NCBI RefSeq assembly: GCF_006345805.1
Contig: NC_043005.1
Coordinates: forward strand, 7,130,001 to 7,194,000
DNA from: Octopus sinensis
Lineage: Eukaryota
DNA: 64,000 nt
Reading direction: 5' to 3'
The position numbers and the translations under genes are program-made. Positions 41,381-52,587 of this stretch are shown piece by piece. The notes beneath the pieces were generated by a model. That model ran no database searches. It was not told the origin of the DNA and saw nothing but the letters and a program-made list of their open reading frames with translations. Every line of letters starts with the position of its first letter. The first letter of the stretch is position 1.

Positions 41381-42545
41381 CATACACACATATGTATACA
41401 GACATACCCAAATCAATACTACTAGCAACAATGGCCAACTATAAACATTAGCATCTTTACTCCTAGCACCAACATGATTCTCCCATTAAGACCACAAAGC
41501 CACCAACCACATCCCCATCATTAGTCTGTTTTCTTTTTACATCTTCATAATAGCTGTGTTTACATGAAAAGTTTCATATCCAGAACTCTGATGCCAATAG
41601 TGGATAATTTTAATTCATTTAAAATCTATATCCATTTGATAACACTAACTGTGATTATAACAAGCAGCTTCAACCGTATTTTGTTTTTTATACAGCCAAA
41701 GTTATCAAGAAAATGCAATATAAAAAAAATAAATCCTTCAGGTTATTCAAAACTAAGAAAGTATCCAGTGTATTTTTTTTTTCTTTTTGTAGCTATGCTT
41801 CAAAGAACTAGTGACATGACATTGCATTTCAGGGCAGAGTTATATTCTTTCTTTGGTGGTTATTTCAAAGATTTATCTTAATTGGAATATTTACTTGTGA
41901 TTTTCTGCTTGATTGTATTTGTTTCTTTTTTGTGGCGGGGGGGGGGGGGGATAATCTGTTCATTTAACAAAAATCTCTAGGCAATTTTAACTGGATTTTA
42001 ATGAGAATTAATTTGCAATGTATTTCATTTTAATTTGGCTTTGTGGAAATTTTAAAAATGTACACAGATATCAGACATGTTAATATGGATCACCACCCAA
42101 TTTAAATTGGTATATCTATTTTAACAAGTGCAACCTATACACCAAGATTAATAATGGAGGAACTATTGCATCACAAAATCTTTACTTACATATTTTTACA
42201 AAGAATAATAAGAATGAAGCTATCTCCTATGTAGTTACATTTAACTTTTTTCTTCTGGGCGATGCCAAAAGAGCATTCAGCTATGAAGTATGATGACTTG
42301 AGCTGATGCAGTCAATTTTACTAAGAGATTAGGTAAATATATTTTCATCACTTGAGTTACTTTTGTATTTATCATATTTATTTAAAGTAGAGAGACAAGG
42401 AAAGTTATTTCCTAACCCAAATTGTTTAAATTCTATAACAGTAAACTTTACACTGTACAACCATATGGCAAAAACCAGTCTCAATCAATGTTCTGATTAA
42501 AAAGATTTTCTTTTCACAAATCCATTAAAATATTGTAATACTTAC

Positions 42546-42732
42546 CACTATTAGTACTAGGTGTTGAAGTAGTTGGTTGATGAGGTTGAGAAATATTTTG
42601 GTTTCCAGTTTGTCTCTCTACTCCAGCTTTTGGTGGACTTGTTGTTGATGGAGGCTGCACATTTCGTGAGTCAGCTAATTGCTCTTTTGGTATCAATGTT
42701 GGTAAATCCTCAAGGGAAGGTTGTTTTAAATT
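42546..42732 (-). CDS. Open 187-nt exon, S/T/P/Q-rich loop between TM3 and TM4 of copy A
   Basis: Strong acceptor ttttttttcatatag and donor g/gtaagt; NLKQPSLEDLPTLIPKEQLADSRNVQPPSTTSPPKAGVERQTGNQNISQPHQPTTSTPSTNS with no stop. Confidence 0.6.
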
Positions 42733-42859
42733 CTATATGAAAAAAAAAAATGAAAGGTAAATCTAACTATAATAAGCAAAAAAGTAGAATTGATAATGAT
42801 TTTTATTATTATAAAATCTTTCATGAAGTAACTTTTGGCCTTCATATGTACCAGTAATA

Positions 42860-43108
42860 TATTAGACTTCATTTTTATATCTTTGCCAAAGCAGAACCAA
42901 GTAAGATAAAGATACCTCTTCATCTAGAAAATAAGAATCTGTGTTCAGACCCAAAATACTACAGGTACAAAAATCACTATCTTATCATATTTAATATTTG
43001 GATTCCCAAAATAATGTTTTCCATGTTAGGGTCTTAAGAAGACATATTCCAACATGGGAAACATGATGCAGGATAAAAGAGTAAAGGTGCTTATATTCAG
43101 ACTTTGAA
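42860..43108 (-). pseudogene. Copy A, TM2-TM3
   Basis: Acceptor ttttacag; STFTLLSCIMFPMLEYVF resembles SxFTRxQRxSCxxxxxxMLxxxMF; then FGNPNIKYDKIVIFVPVVFWV*; frameshifted. Confidence 0.55.
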
Positions 43109-43181
43109 CTGTAAAATACTATCAACTATCCATAATAAACAACAAAGAAAACCCAATAAATAATCAACAGTAACTCTAGCA

Positions 43182-43500
43182 ACATCATCATCATTTAACG
43201 TCTGATATCCATGTTGGCATGGGTTAGATGGTTTGACCAGGACTGGTAAGCTGAGGAGCTGCACCTGACTCCAGTCTGATTTGGTATGGTTTCTCTACGG
43301 CTGGATACCCCTCCTAACACTAACCACTCCAAGAGTGTAACAGGTGCTTTTAAATGCCACTGACACAGGTGTCAGTTACAATACACCAGTACCTGCCACG
43401 ACTACAATTTTACTTGGCTTGATGGGTCTTCTACTCAAAAACAGCATGTCACTAAAGGTCTCATACATTTGTCATTGCCTCATCAATGAAAAAAAACAAA
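43182..43500 (-). mobile_element. Diverged RTE 3' end
   Basis: (CAT)n plus family consensus. Confidence 0.75.
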
Positions 43501-43742
43501 CAAATACAGACAGTAAGGGAGTTTATCAAAACCAACAGGAATCAAGACAAACATAACATGACTAGCACATAGAGACCAATTTCTCATAAAAAATGATTAT
43601 AATAGAGTTAAAGCTCAAAGTAAATTACTTGATTTAAAAATATTAGAGAAACAATTTTGTTTTATCATTTACAAAAACTCTTTTTAAGTGCAAAACTTTT
43701 TAATTATGATACTGCTGTAATGCTTAATATTATATAAGTAGA

Positions 43743-44140
43743 CTAGCAGTATCGCCCGGCGTTGCTCGGGTTTGTAAGGGAAATAACTATATAAGCATTT
43801 TTAGAGATGTAAAGTATAATAGCCATCTCAATATGGCTAACCACAAAGGGGGGGGGGGTTACTGTAGCTTTTTACGTTCTGAGATTTAATAATAAATTTT
43901 TAGAGAGTTACTTCCCTTATATATGCCAAAAATGCATTAAAATGGGAAAAATTGATGGTAAATTTTTTTTTTAAATTGTAGACTCATCGTAGATGCGTGC
44001 TAATACCCAGAAGGGCTCGATATGAATCACGACTATAAGATACCCGGTTTTGGTTAAACTGCACCGCAAAATGTGGGAGTAGTTAGGAATCTAAATCGTA
44101 GGAGACAGACAGCACACAAACTCTCTTTTATATATAAAGA
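43743..44140 (-). mobile_element. Non-autonomous Helitron
   Basis: Reverse of 24573-25091: ctagcagtatcgcccggcgttgctcggg end, tatataaaga|t start. Confidence 0.85.
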
Positions 44141-44369
44141 TGACAAGATCAGCCAGCAGTGAACCTAAGACAGAATGCTGGCACACCTGATTAGCTATAA
44201 TGTGTTGTAGACGTCTTCAAAGACTGTCAACAGCTGAATAGATTAACACTGAATTTGAAATAAACTTGTAGAAAAAGCAAGATAATTTTAATAGTAAAGG
44301 GAGGGGAGTCTTTTTAGTGGATTGTCACCATACTATAGCAATACCATCATTTTGTGAAAAAAAAAAAAA

Positions 44370-44560
44370 CATTCAAAAGGTTTCAAAATTCCGAGACTTA
44401 TCTTACAGAGTAAAATTAATGATAAAACATAGAGCTTTGTGCCAAATTTTACTATAATTTTGTCGTGAAAATTTTTAAAAACATTTCAAGTCAAATATTT
44501 CAGAATCCCCCATCCCCAATGCTTGAAGTGAAAATCAAAGAAAACACTATAGTAGAGGAT
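44370..44560 (-). pseudogene. Copy A, PLAT end and post-PLAT
   Basis: SIGDGDSENI* (GDG motif) and FLKIFTTKL**NLA resembling FxxLFFTKTxRNL. Confidence 0.42.
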
Positions 44561-44595
44561 CTGAAAAGAAACCTCCATCTCACGTATCATTGATC

Positions 44596-45012
44596 GGATC
44601 TTTTCGGTTTGACCGGCAGTTTTTTAAAATAATTTCCACGTAACTAAACACTTTTAAACTTCATATACTGGTAGAATGTGCTTATAAATCATCTTTTTCT
44701 CTTGGCTTTATTGAGAAAATTCTATAGTTTGTAAGATATTTGTTGTTTTTTTTCTTCAATTTCTGTAATTTCAGCCAATCAATAATGTCTATTGAGGGGA
44801 AAACATTCTGTGCCGTATGAATATGTCCCTCGTTTAAGAAACAGATTGGGTTTATTTACATTTGTGAAGAAAAAAAGATACCATTCCCTCCACCCCTAAC
44901 CCTAACTCTAACCCTAAAACAGATTGAAATGATCGATACTAGGGTCATAATTATGGGTGACAATTTCATATGACACCGCTAGAAAAAACTGCCGTTCAAA
45001 CCAAAAAGATCC
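44596..45012. mobile_element. Non-autonomous DNA transposon (Merlin- or hAT-like)
   Basis: TIR ggatcttttcggtttgaccggcagttttt / aaaaactgccgttcaaaccaaaaagatcc; 8-bp TSD cattgatc / tattgatc. Confidence 0.8.
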
Positions 45013-45186
45013 TATTGATCAACCGTCACCCTGCTCAATCTTATCCAATGGCTGGTAACAGGAAGGTGATCCAGCTGCATGAAGCATGCAAAAGCAGACA
45101 CTGAAGACTAATGACATCTTCAAGTATATCAAATGCTGTCCAACCCATGTCAGTATGGAACATAGACATATGATGATGATGATGAT

Positions 45187-45530
45187 GTATGGAAATTGTT
45201 TTTGGTGGCAAAACAAAAATCTTTTCTGGTAATCAAAAAAGGAATACTTCATTTAACACGTTCTTAAAAATTCTGAAATGAACAGCGCACAACTTTAATC
45301 TAGTTGCAATAAGTTCACTTTATATAACATCTCTTCTCATAAAATACCATTATTTTAAAATTTGAAGTAATTTCTGAACCGTTAATAAAATGAGATAGAA
45401 CAAAATGGGTGAAATTAAGAAAACAATAAATAGATAAATCGTGAGCTGTTACAGAAGATGCATATACTGTCAATAAGTCACTTGCACAAGTCTCAAGTGT
45501 CACCACTTCAACTGCATGCTACACCACAGC
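45187..45530 (-). pseudogene. Copy A, TM1 and PLAT N/mid part
   Basis: VVTLETCASDLLTVYASSVTAHD (TM1); NGSEITSNFKIMVFYE resembles GxxTTSNVxIxLxGE; IFKNVLNEVFLF resembles FxRGxxDxFL. Confidence 0.62.
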
Positions 45531-45582
45531 AATTAACAATATTCTCAATTAGCAATTGTTTAGGGAACGGCAAACAATTCAC

Positions 45583-45802
45583 CTTCTAAGTAACATTGTT
45601 TAACTTAACTTTCGTGTGATATTTCATCTTCAGGCCATGGCAAATGATTACAATTACAAATAGAAATATCAGGGGAAATATTACACTTGAGTAGTTCCAA
45701 TATTTAAAACTACTAAAGAGAGATAACTTCACCAAGAATAACTTCAGCAAGCAAAAGTTTTCTAAAGTTCCCACTATATCTTCAATTCTTTTGAGATGAA
45801 AT
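45583..45802 (-). pseudogene. Copy A, GPS motif exon
   Basis: AG and GT bounded; FKYWNYSS then a frameshift to KCNISPDISICNCNHL (45641-45658 encodes CNCNHL), matching GPS CxxW...C...CxCxHL. Confidence 0.62.
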
Positions 45803-46929
45803 CTAGATAATAATTTTTTCTTGAAAACAATGAAAAAGATGAATATCTATGTTAATATGCGAATTGAAAGAAAGGTAAAATATAAAAACAGATTGAAAAT
45901 GTGTTATAATATTGGCAAACACTCTGATATTAGAAATCAAAATACTGATAGTAAAGGAAGACAAAACAAAACAAAAGAAAACAAAATATGTTTTTCTTGT
46001 GAAAGTAATTTCTAAGAAAACTAACTGAAAGTTAGTAGGTGGCTTCATAGACAAACACACTCATCAACTAAATATCTATAAAACCTTCAAAGATATATAT
46101 AATGCAAAGTGAAAACATATTTTCCTCTAATTAAATGTGTAATTAAGGTATAAAATAGGATTATTGATATAAGTTAATTTTTATCAATCTTCAATTTGTT
46201 TTTACTGAAATTTCTTGATTAGTTTTCATTTTCTTTTGCATTTTATGTATTAAAATCTTTTAATTCTCACTTAACAGGAAGACTGAGATGCAACAAATTT
46301 AAAATGCAGATAATCACTGATTTAAAAACTAAATTCTTTTACTGCAGAAAACTTTTTATTACATTTAAGCTTTATTTCATAAAATTAATAAATTTATGTT
46401 ACAAAATTGTATGAATAAAATTAACACTTTAATGAGAAAATTAGAACAAGATTTTCAAGCTTATAATAGAATGGGAAAAATAAGGGCTAAAGGGCCATGT
46501 TGTTTCAGAGTTTTCTCAATATTAACACTTTTATGAAATTCAGGAGCACCCAGTCTATATAGTTTCAAGAAAACATATTAAGTATTTTGTATATGAATAC
46601 ATTAAAACAAAGGAAGGAACTGACAGTTCCAAAACAAATAAATGATAAAAAAACTAAAACACAAATACTAATGGCACTATTGCTGCCAAAACGAGTGTCA
46701 TCATTATCCAATTTAATAAGCATCTCCCCTTCTTAATATGCACATGAATGTGTACAATATCACATATCTACAAGCGAACCAATAGAATAACACTATCATA
46801 TCTAATTTCAACAAATGCTTAATAACATTTTCTAAGTATCCATAATTATTCAAACGGTAAAACTTTCAGTGATACATGTATAAATATGTATATGAGCATG
46901 CATGTATAAACACGCACACACATACAGAT

Positions 46930-47227
46930 GCAGACATATCACGCTAGAGTTGAACTAGGGACAGCTGATGAAGGGGATTTTTCCTTGTGTAGTTTGTCTT
47001 GTACTATGTTTTTTTTCGTTTAGGTCCGTTTCCACGTTTGTTTTTACGTTTTCGTTTCTCGTTGAGTTCTACGTCTATTTGTGGTGTCCTGTACTTACGT
47101 ATATATATTTATATATGCATGTATATATACATGTAGATGTAGGTACGTACATATATGTATGTATGCATATATTTTATTTATTACACTATGTATATATATA
47201 TAAGTATGCATGTGTGTATACATATAC

Positions 47228-47275
<48 letters not shown>
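46930..47275 (+). repeat. Penelope-like terminal repeat remnant ending in TA tracts (related to 36780-37030)
   Basis: Shared cagctgatgaagg motif and T-rich body; classification tentative. Confidence 0.4.
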
Positions 47276-47280
<5 letters not shown>

Positions 47281-47429
47281 TGTTGAAATGGAAAGATGAA
47301 TTATCTTGTTACGGATTATTCAAAAGTTTAACCGATACCTGGGTAGCAAAAATCACAGCAGAAAAAACATGGTTGGAGATATGACCATATGGTGTTGCAA
47401 CCGTGCGTTGGCGCAGATAATTGAAGTTT

Positions 47430-47533
47430 AATATAATTAGTGAATGGAAGAAATGGAGTTGAACGAAGATTGTACAGAATTCCTTTTAAGGAATTCTGTA
47501 CAAACTTCGTTCAACTCCATTTCTTCCATTCAC

Positions 47534-47543
<10 letters not shown>
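47430..47543. repeat. Near-perfect palindrome, ~55-bp arms, 2-nt loop
   Basis: Centre cagaattcctt-tt-aaggaattctg; one mismatch. Confidence 0.95.
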
Positions 47544-47575
<32 letters not shown>

Positions 47576-47665
47576 CATATCGAAGGGAATTGAAAATTAA
47601 TAGAAATTTTCACTTCCAGTGGCCTAGTGTATAAAAATTTAGTCCAAAGACTATGTATTACTCAT

Positions 47666-47876
47666 AAAATACAGTGTACATTTAAACACATAAGGAATCC
47701 ACTTGTGGGATTCATCACGCTAGAAAGAACAGCTAGGTTCCATAACCACAAATTTTTTATTTTTCATTTCGTTCCTTTCGGGATTTTATCCCAAATTTTG
47801 TGTTATGGAACCTAGCTGTTCTTTCTAGCGTGATGAATCCCACAAGTAGATTCCTTATATGTTTAAATGTACACTG

Positions 47877-47881
<5 letters not shown>
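47666..47881. repeat. Inverted repeat, ~90-bp arms, ~37-bp spacer
   Basis: aaaatacagtgtacatttaaac...ggttccataac and its reverse complement with 3-4 differences. Confidence 0.93.
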
Positions 47882-47928
<47 letters not shown>

Positions 47929-48055
47929 TATATACACACATAAATATTTATAGACACATATATGTATATTAATATTTGTTTTTATGTTCAAGAAGGATTA
48001 CTCCACACTTTTGTAGAGTACAAATTTATTGTTTAACAAGAATAGCATTATTAAC

Positions 48056-48101
48056 AGTGACTTCACACTTTCAGCGGGGTAAGCCATCATCAGGCTGTCC
48101 A
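48056..48101 (-). ncRNA. Degenerate minimal hammerhead ribozyme-like motif
   Basis: ggacagc CTGATGA t ggc ttacccc gct GAAA agtgtgaa GTC actg. Confidence 0.35.
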
Positions 48102-48559
48102 ATGAGGACTTAGCTGGCCAAAACTTCGAAGTCACTTGTCAATACTATTTTCGTTAAAAAATAATTAAATCTATACATATATGTATGTAGGTGTGTGTGT
48201 GCGTATGTATGTAAGTGGTTGAGTGGTTTCAGCTCAGTCACACAGCATAGCACGTTGAGCAAGTGTCTCCTACTATATAGTGCCAGGCAGATTAAAGCCA
48301 TGTGAATGAATTTGGTTGGTGTGTGTGTGTGTGTGTTACTGTTCCTTTCTCTTGGCTTCATGCGAGAGATGTAAAGGAATTGTTGACAAACATGCAGCTT
48401 CATTCATTTCCAGTCTTCTGGTTACGGTTATGGGGAATTATTACTTTACAAGGAAACAGATGAGAGTTGAGAACAGAGGAAGGGTATCAAACTATACAAA
48501 AACCCACCCCAACAAATTCTGTCCAGTCCAAGGAACTGTACATCAATATGTTGATAATA

Positions 48560-48859
48560 CATACATACACACACACACATACATATGCATATATATACAT
48601 TTATATATACATATTTATATACATATATATATATATACATATTTATATACATATATACATATTTATATACATATATATATATATACATATTTATATACAT
48701 ATATACATATTTATATACATATATATATATATACATATTTATATACATATATATATATATATACATATTTATATACATATATATATATATACATATTTAT
48801 ATACATATATATATATATACATATTTATATACATATATATATATACATTTATATACATA

Positions 48860-48895
<36 letters not shown>

Positions 48896-48896
48896 C
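48560..48896. repeat. TA-rich minisatellite (~26-28-bp tacatatttatatacatata... units)
   Basis: Direct read. Confidence 0.9.
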
Positions 48897-49752
48897 CTGT
48901 ATGAGGTGGTGAAGCACGACCTTCGACGTTAGGTCTCACCATGGAAATGACTAGAGACCGAGACCTATGGAAGTATGCTGTGCGTGAGAAGACCCGGCAA
49001 GACTAGTGAAGCCATAATCCGTGGCCCCTACCTGGGACGTAGTCAGTCCACCTGTGCATACCTTCCTTCTTGTGACACTTGTGAAGACCTGTTGAGGCAA
49101 GTGAGAATAGAATCGAATCGTATCAAATCAAATCGAACCAAACAAAATAGATGAACATCATGGATTTGTATCCTTGTGGTACCAGTGCCGGTGGCACATA
49201 AGAAAACCATCCGAACGTGACCGTAGCCAGTACCGCAATGACTGGCCTCCGTGCTGAGGGCACGTAACAAACAATCCGAGCGTGGCCGTCCGCCAGCCTC
49301 GTCTAGCACCTGTGTCGTGACACATAAGAAAACACCATCCGAGCGTGGCCGTCTGCCAGCCTCGTGGGCACCTGTGTCGGTGGCACATAAAAAACACCAT
49401 CCGAGCGTGGCCGTCTGCAGCCTCGTCTGGCACTGTGTCGGTGGCACATAAAAAACACCATCCGAGCGTGGCCGTCTGCCAGCCTCGTCTGGCACCTGTG
49501 TAGGTGGCACATAAAAACACCATCCGAGCGTGGCCGTCTGCCAGCCTCGTCTGGCACCTGTGTCGGTGGCACATAAAATCACCCACTATACACTCTCGGA
49601 GTGGTTGGCGTTGGAAGGGCATCCAGCTGTAGAACACTGCCACATCTGACTGGCCTGGTGCAGCCTTCGGGCTTCCCAGACCCCAGTTGAACCGTCCAAC
49701 CCATGCTAGCATGGAAAGCGGACGTTAAACGATGATGATGATGATGATGATG
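48897..49752 (+). mobile_element. Young RTE LINE 3' fragment with expanded 3' UTR array
   Basis: ORF end (...RDRDLWKYAVREKTRQD*), six ~62-bp tandem units (49196-49580), terminal hairpin and (GAT)n. Confidence 0.9.
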
Positions 49753-49754
49753 AT

Positions 49755-49774
49755 ATATATATATATATATATAC

Positions 49775-49808
<34 letters not shown>

Positions 49809-50123
49809 CATATTATATACATATATATATATATATACATATTTATATACATATATATATATATATATATACATATTTATATACATATATATATATATAT
49901 ATACATATTTATATACATATATATATATATACATATTTATATACATATATATTATATACATCATATTTATATACATATATATATATATATACATACATAT
50001 ATATACATAATATATATATATACATACATATTTATATACATATATATATATACATACATATTTTATACATATATATATATATACATATTTATATACATAT
50101 ATATATATATACATATATTATAT

Positions 50124-50166
<43 letters not shown>

Positions 50167-50528
50167 TATATACACATATATATATACACACATATATATA
50201 CATATATATATATACATACACATATATATATACATATTTATATACACATACAGATATATATATACATATTTATATACACATATATATATACATATTTTTA
50301 TACACATACATATATATATACATATTTATATACATATATATATACATATTTATATACACACACACACATATATATATAGATATATATACATATTTATATA
50401 TACATATATACATATATATATACATTTTATATACATATATACATATATATATACATTTATATATACATATATACATATATATATACATTTATACATATAT
50501 ATATACATTTATACATATTATATACATT

Positions 50529-50560
<32 letters not shown>

Positions 50561-50600
50561 ATACATATATACATATTTATATATATACATAGATATATAT
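49755..50600. repeat. ~850-bp compound (TA)n/(TACA) array
   Basis: Direct read. Confidence 0.95.
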
Positions 50601-51198
50601 TGTTTTCTTCACTCATTTATTACTGCTCTTATTTTATTAATTCTTTGGTGGGGACATGAGTAAAAGGATAAAATAAGAACAGTAATAAACAAGTGAAGAA
50701 AAAATATACAGTACATGTGTTCATTTGGCAAACAAAAAAAAATAAATGACCATCCCAAAATACAATATATATATATGTATGTATGTATATGTAAGTGTAC
50801 CTGTGTGTATATGTGCATGTCTGTATGTGAGTATGTGTGTATTTCACACCCACTCACACACACAAGCACATTAACTCCAAGAATGCAATTTTTGGTATAC
50901 TTTGGTTAAATGCATTTTTACAATGAATAGCAGATATATTTTCTATGAAAATAAATATGAATAATAATATAATTTTGCTGTAATATTACAGCATATCACA
51001 TATGATTCGTGTACATTGCATATCAAATATTACTATAGGAGTTTAGTGTACACACACACACACATTTGTTAATTGCATACATTTAAAGACATAGGCATTT
51101 TTAAAAAAAATAAATCTCTGTATAATATTGTTTTATAAAATCTAATTGTACATATTTTATACACCCTGTGTATATATATATATATATATTATATATAT

Positions 51199-51241
<43 letters not shown>

Positions 51242-51420
51242 TGCATGAATGTATGCATGTATATATTAATATATTAATACATGTGTGTGTGTGCATACAT
51301 TTAAAGACATAGGCATATTTTGAAAAATAAATCTCTTTATAATATTGTTTTATAAAATCTAATTGTACATATTTTATACACCTTGAGTGTGTGTGAGTAT
51401 ATATATATATATATATATAT

Positions 51421-51568
51421 ACAAACAAGGACAGACAAACGGATGAAGTCGATTACATCAACCCACCCGTGCGTAACTGGTACTTTATTTTGGGGTCGAT
51501 AAATAAAGTACCAGTTACGCACTGGGGTCGATGTAATCGACTTCATCCGTTTGTCTGTCCTTGTTTGT
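51421..51568. repeat. Hairpin made of the V-SINE 3' half joined to its own inverse
   Basis: ~70-bp arms, loop tggggtcgat; right arm matches 5920-6000. Confidence 0.9.
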
Positions 51569-51602
51569 TCCCTCTGTGTTTAGCCCCTTGTGGGTAGTAA
51601 AG

Positions 51603-51649
<47 letters not shown>

Positions 51650-52194
51650 CATGAATGTAAGCATGTATATATCAATATATTAATACATGTGTGTATGTGC
51701 ATACATATGAGGTCTGATTGTAAGGTAAATTTTACTAAGTGTTAATTTCCTTGTTTCTGTGTCTGTGTGTTTGTGCTTTGTTCAGTCTATCTTTAAAAAA
51801 AGCTAATATTACCTTTCTGGTGTATATTTAGTTCCTTTCTACATAAATTTCTAGCAATGGACCCAAGCATTGCCCGGGTGTTATGACCTACAGCCAAATT
51901 GTATTATTTGTTCCTTTCTTATGGGCAGATTGGAATACGAGGAGCATGAAGCAAACAACCCTTCTTTATAAACATGTTTTTCGGTCATTTTCTGATGAAC
52001 AACGCTGCAGTTTCCATCTGCCAAATTCAGTCACAATTCTGTGGTTGGCCTAGGGCTATAGTGGAAAACACTTGCCCAAAATACCATGCAGAGGGACTGA
52101 ACATGGAACCATGTAGCTGGAACACAAACTTCTCAGTCACACAGTCATTCTAGCACCTAATGTGTGTGTGTATTTACATTTGTTGTTAAATCGA

Positions 52195-52487
52195 GTGCAC
52201 GTAAAAAGCACCATCCGTTCGTGGCCGTTGCCAGCCTCGCCTGACCCCCGTGCTGGTGGCACATAAAAAGCACCATCCGATCGTGGCCGTTTGCCAGACT
52301 CGTCTGGCACGTAAAAAGCACCCACTACACTCACGGAGTGGTTGGCGTTAGAAAGGGCATCCAGCCGTAGAAACATTGCCAGATCAAACTGGGCCTGGTG
52401 CAGCCTTCTGGCTTCCCAGACCCCAGTTGAACCGTCCAACCCATGCTAGCATGGAAAGCAGACGCTAAACGATGATGATGATGATGA
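52195..52487 (+). mobile_element. RTE 3' end copy
   Basis: Family consensus with (GAT)n. Confidence 0.85.
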
Positions 52488-52587
52488 AGATAATGAGTAC
52501 AAAACTTTGTATTGAACTTCCATTCTATATAATAACACTATATGTACATCTCAGACTCCTTGACTTCCAACAATTAACAATTGTAAT

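Noticed and set aside
42915-42923. 8-nt microexon ATGAAGAG between AG and GT
   Set aside because: It lies within the decayed TM3-coding segment of copy A and has a weak donor; chance is likely.
49196-49580. CRISPR-like array
   Set aside because: The units are whole tandem repeats with no unique spacers, lie inside a LINE 3' UTR in a eukaryotic context, and there are no cas genes.
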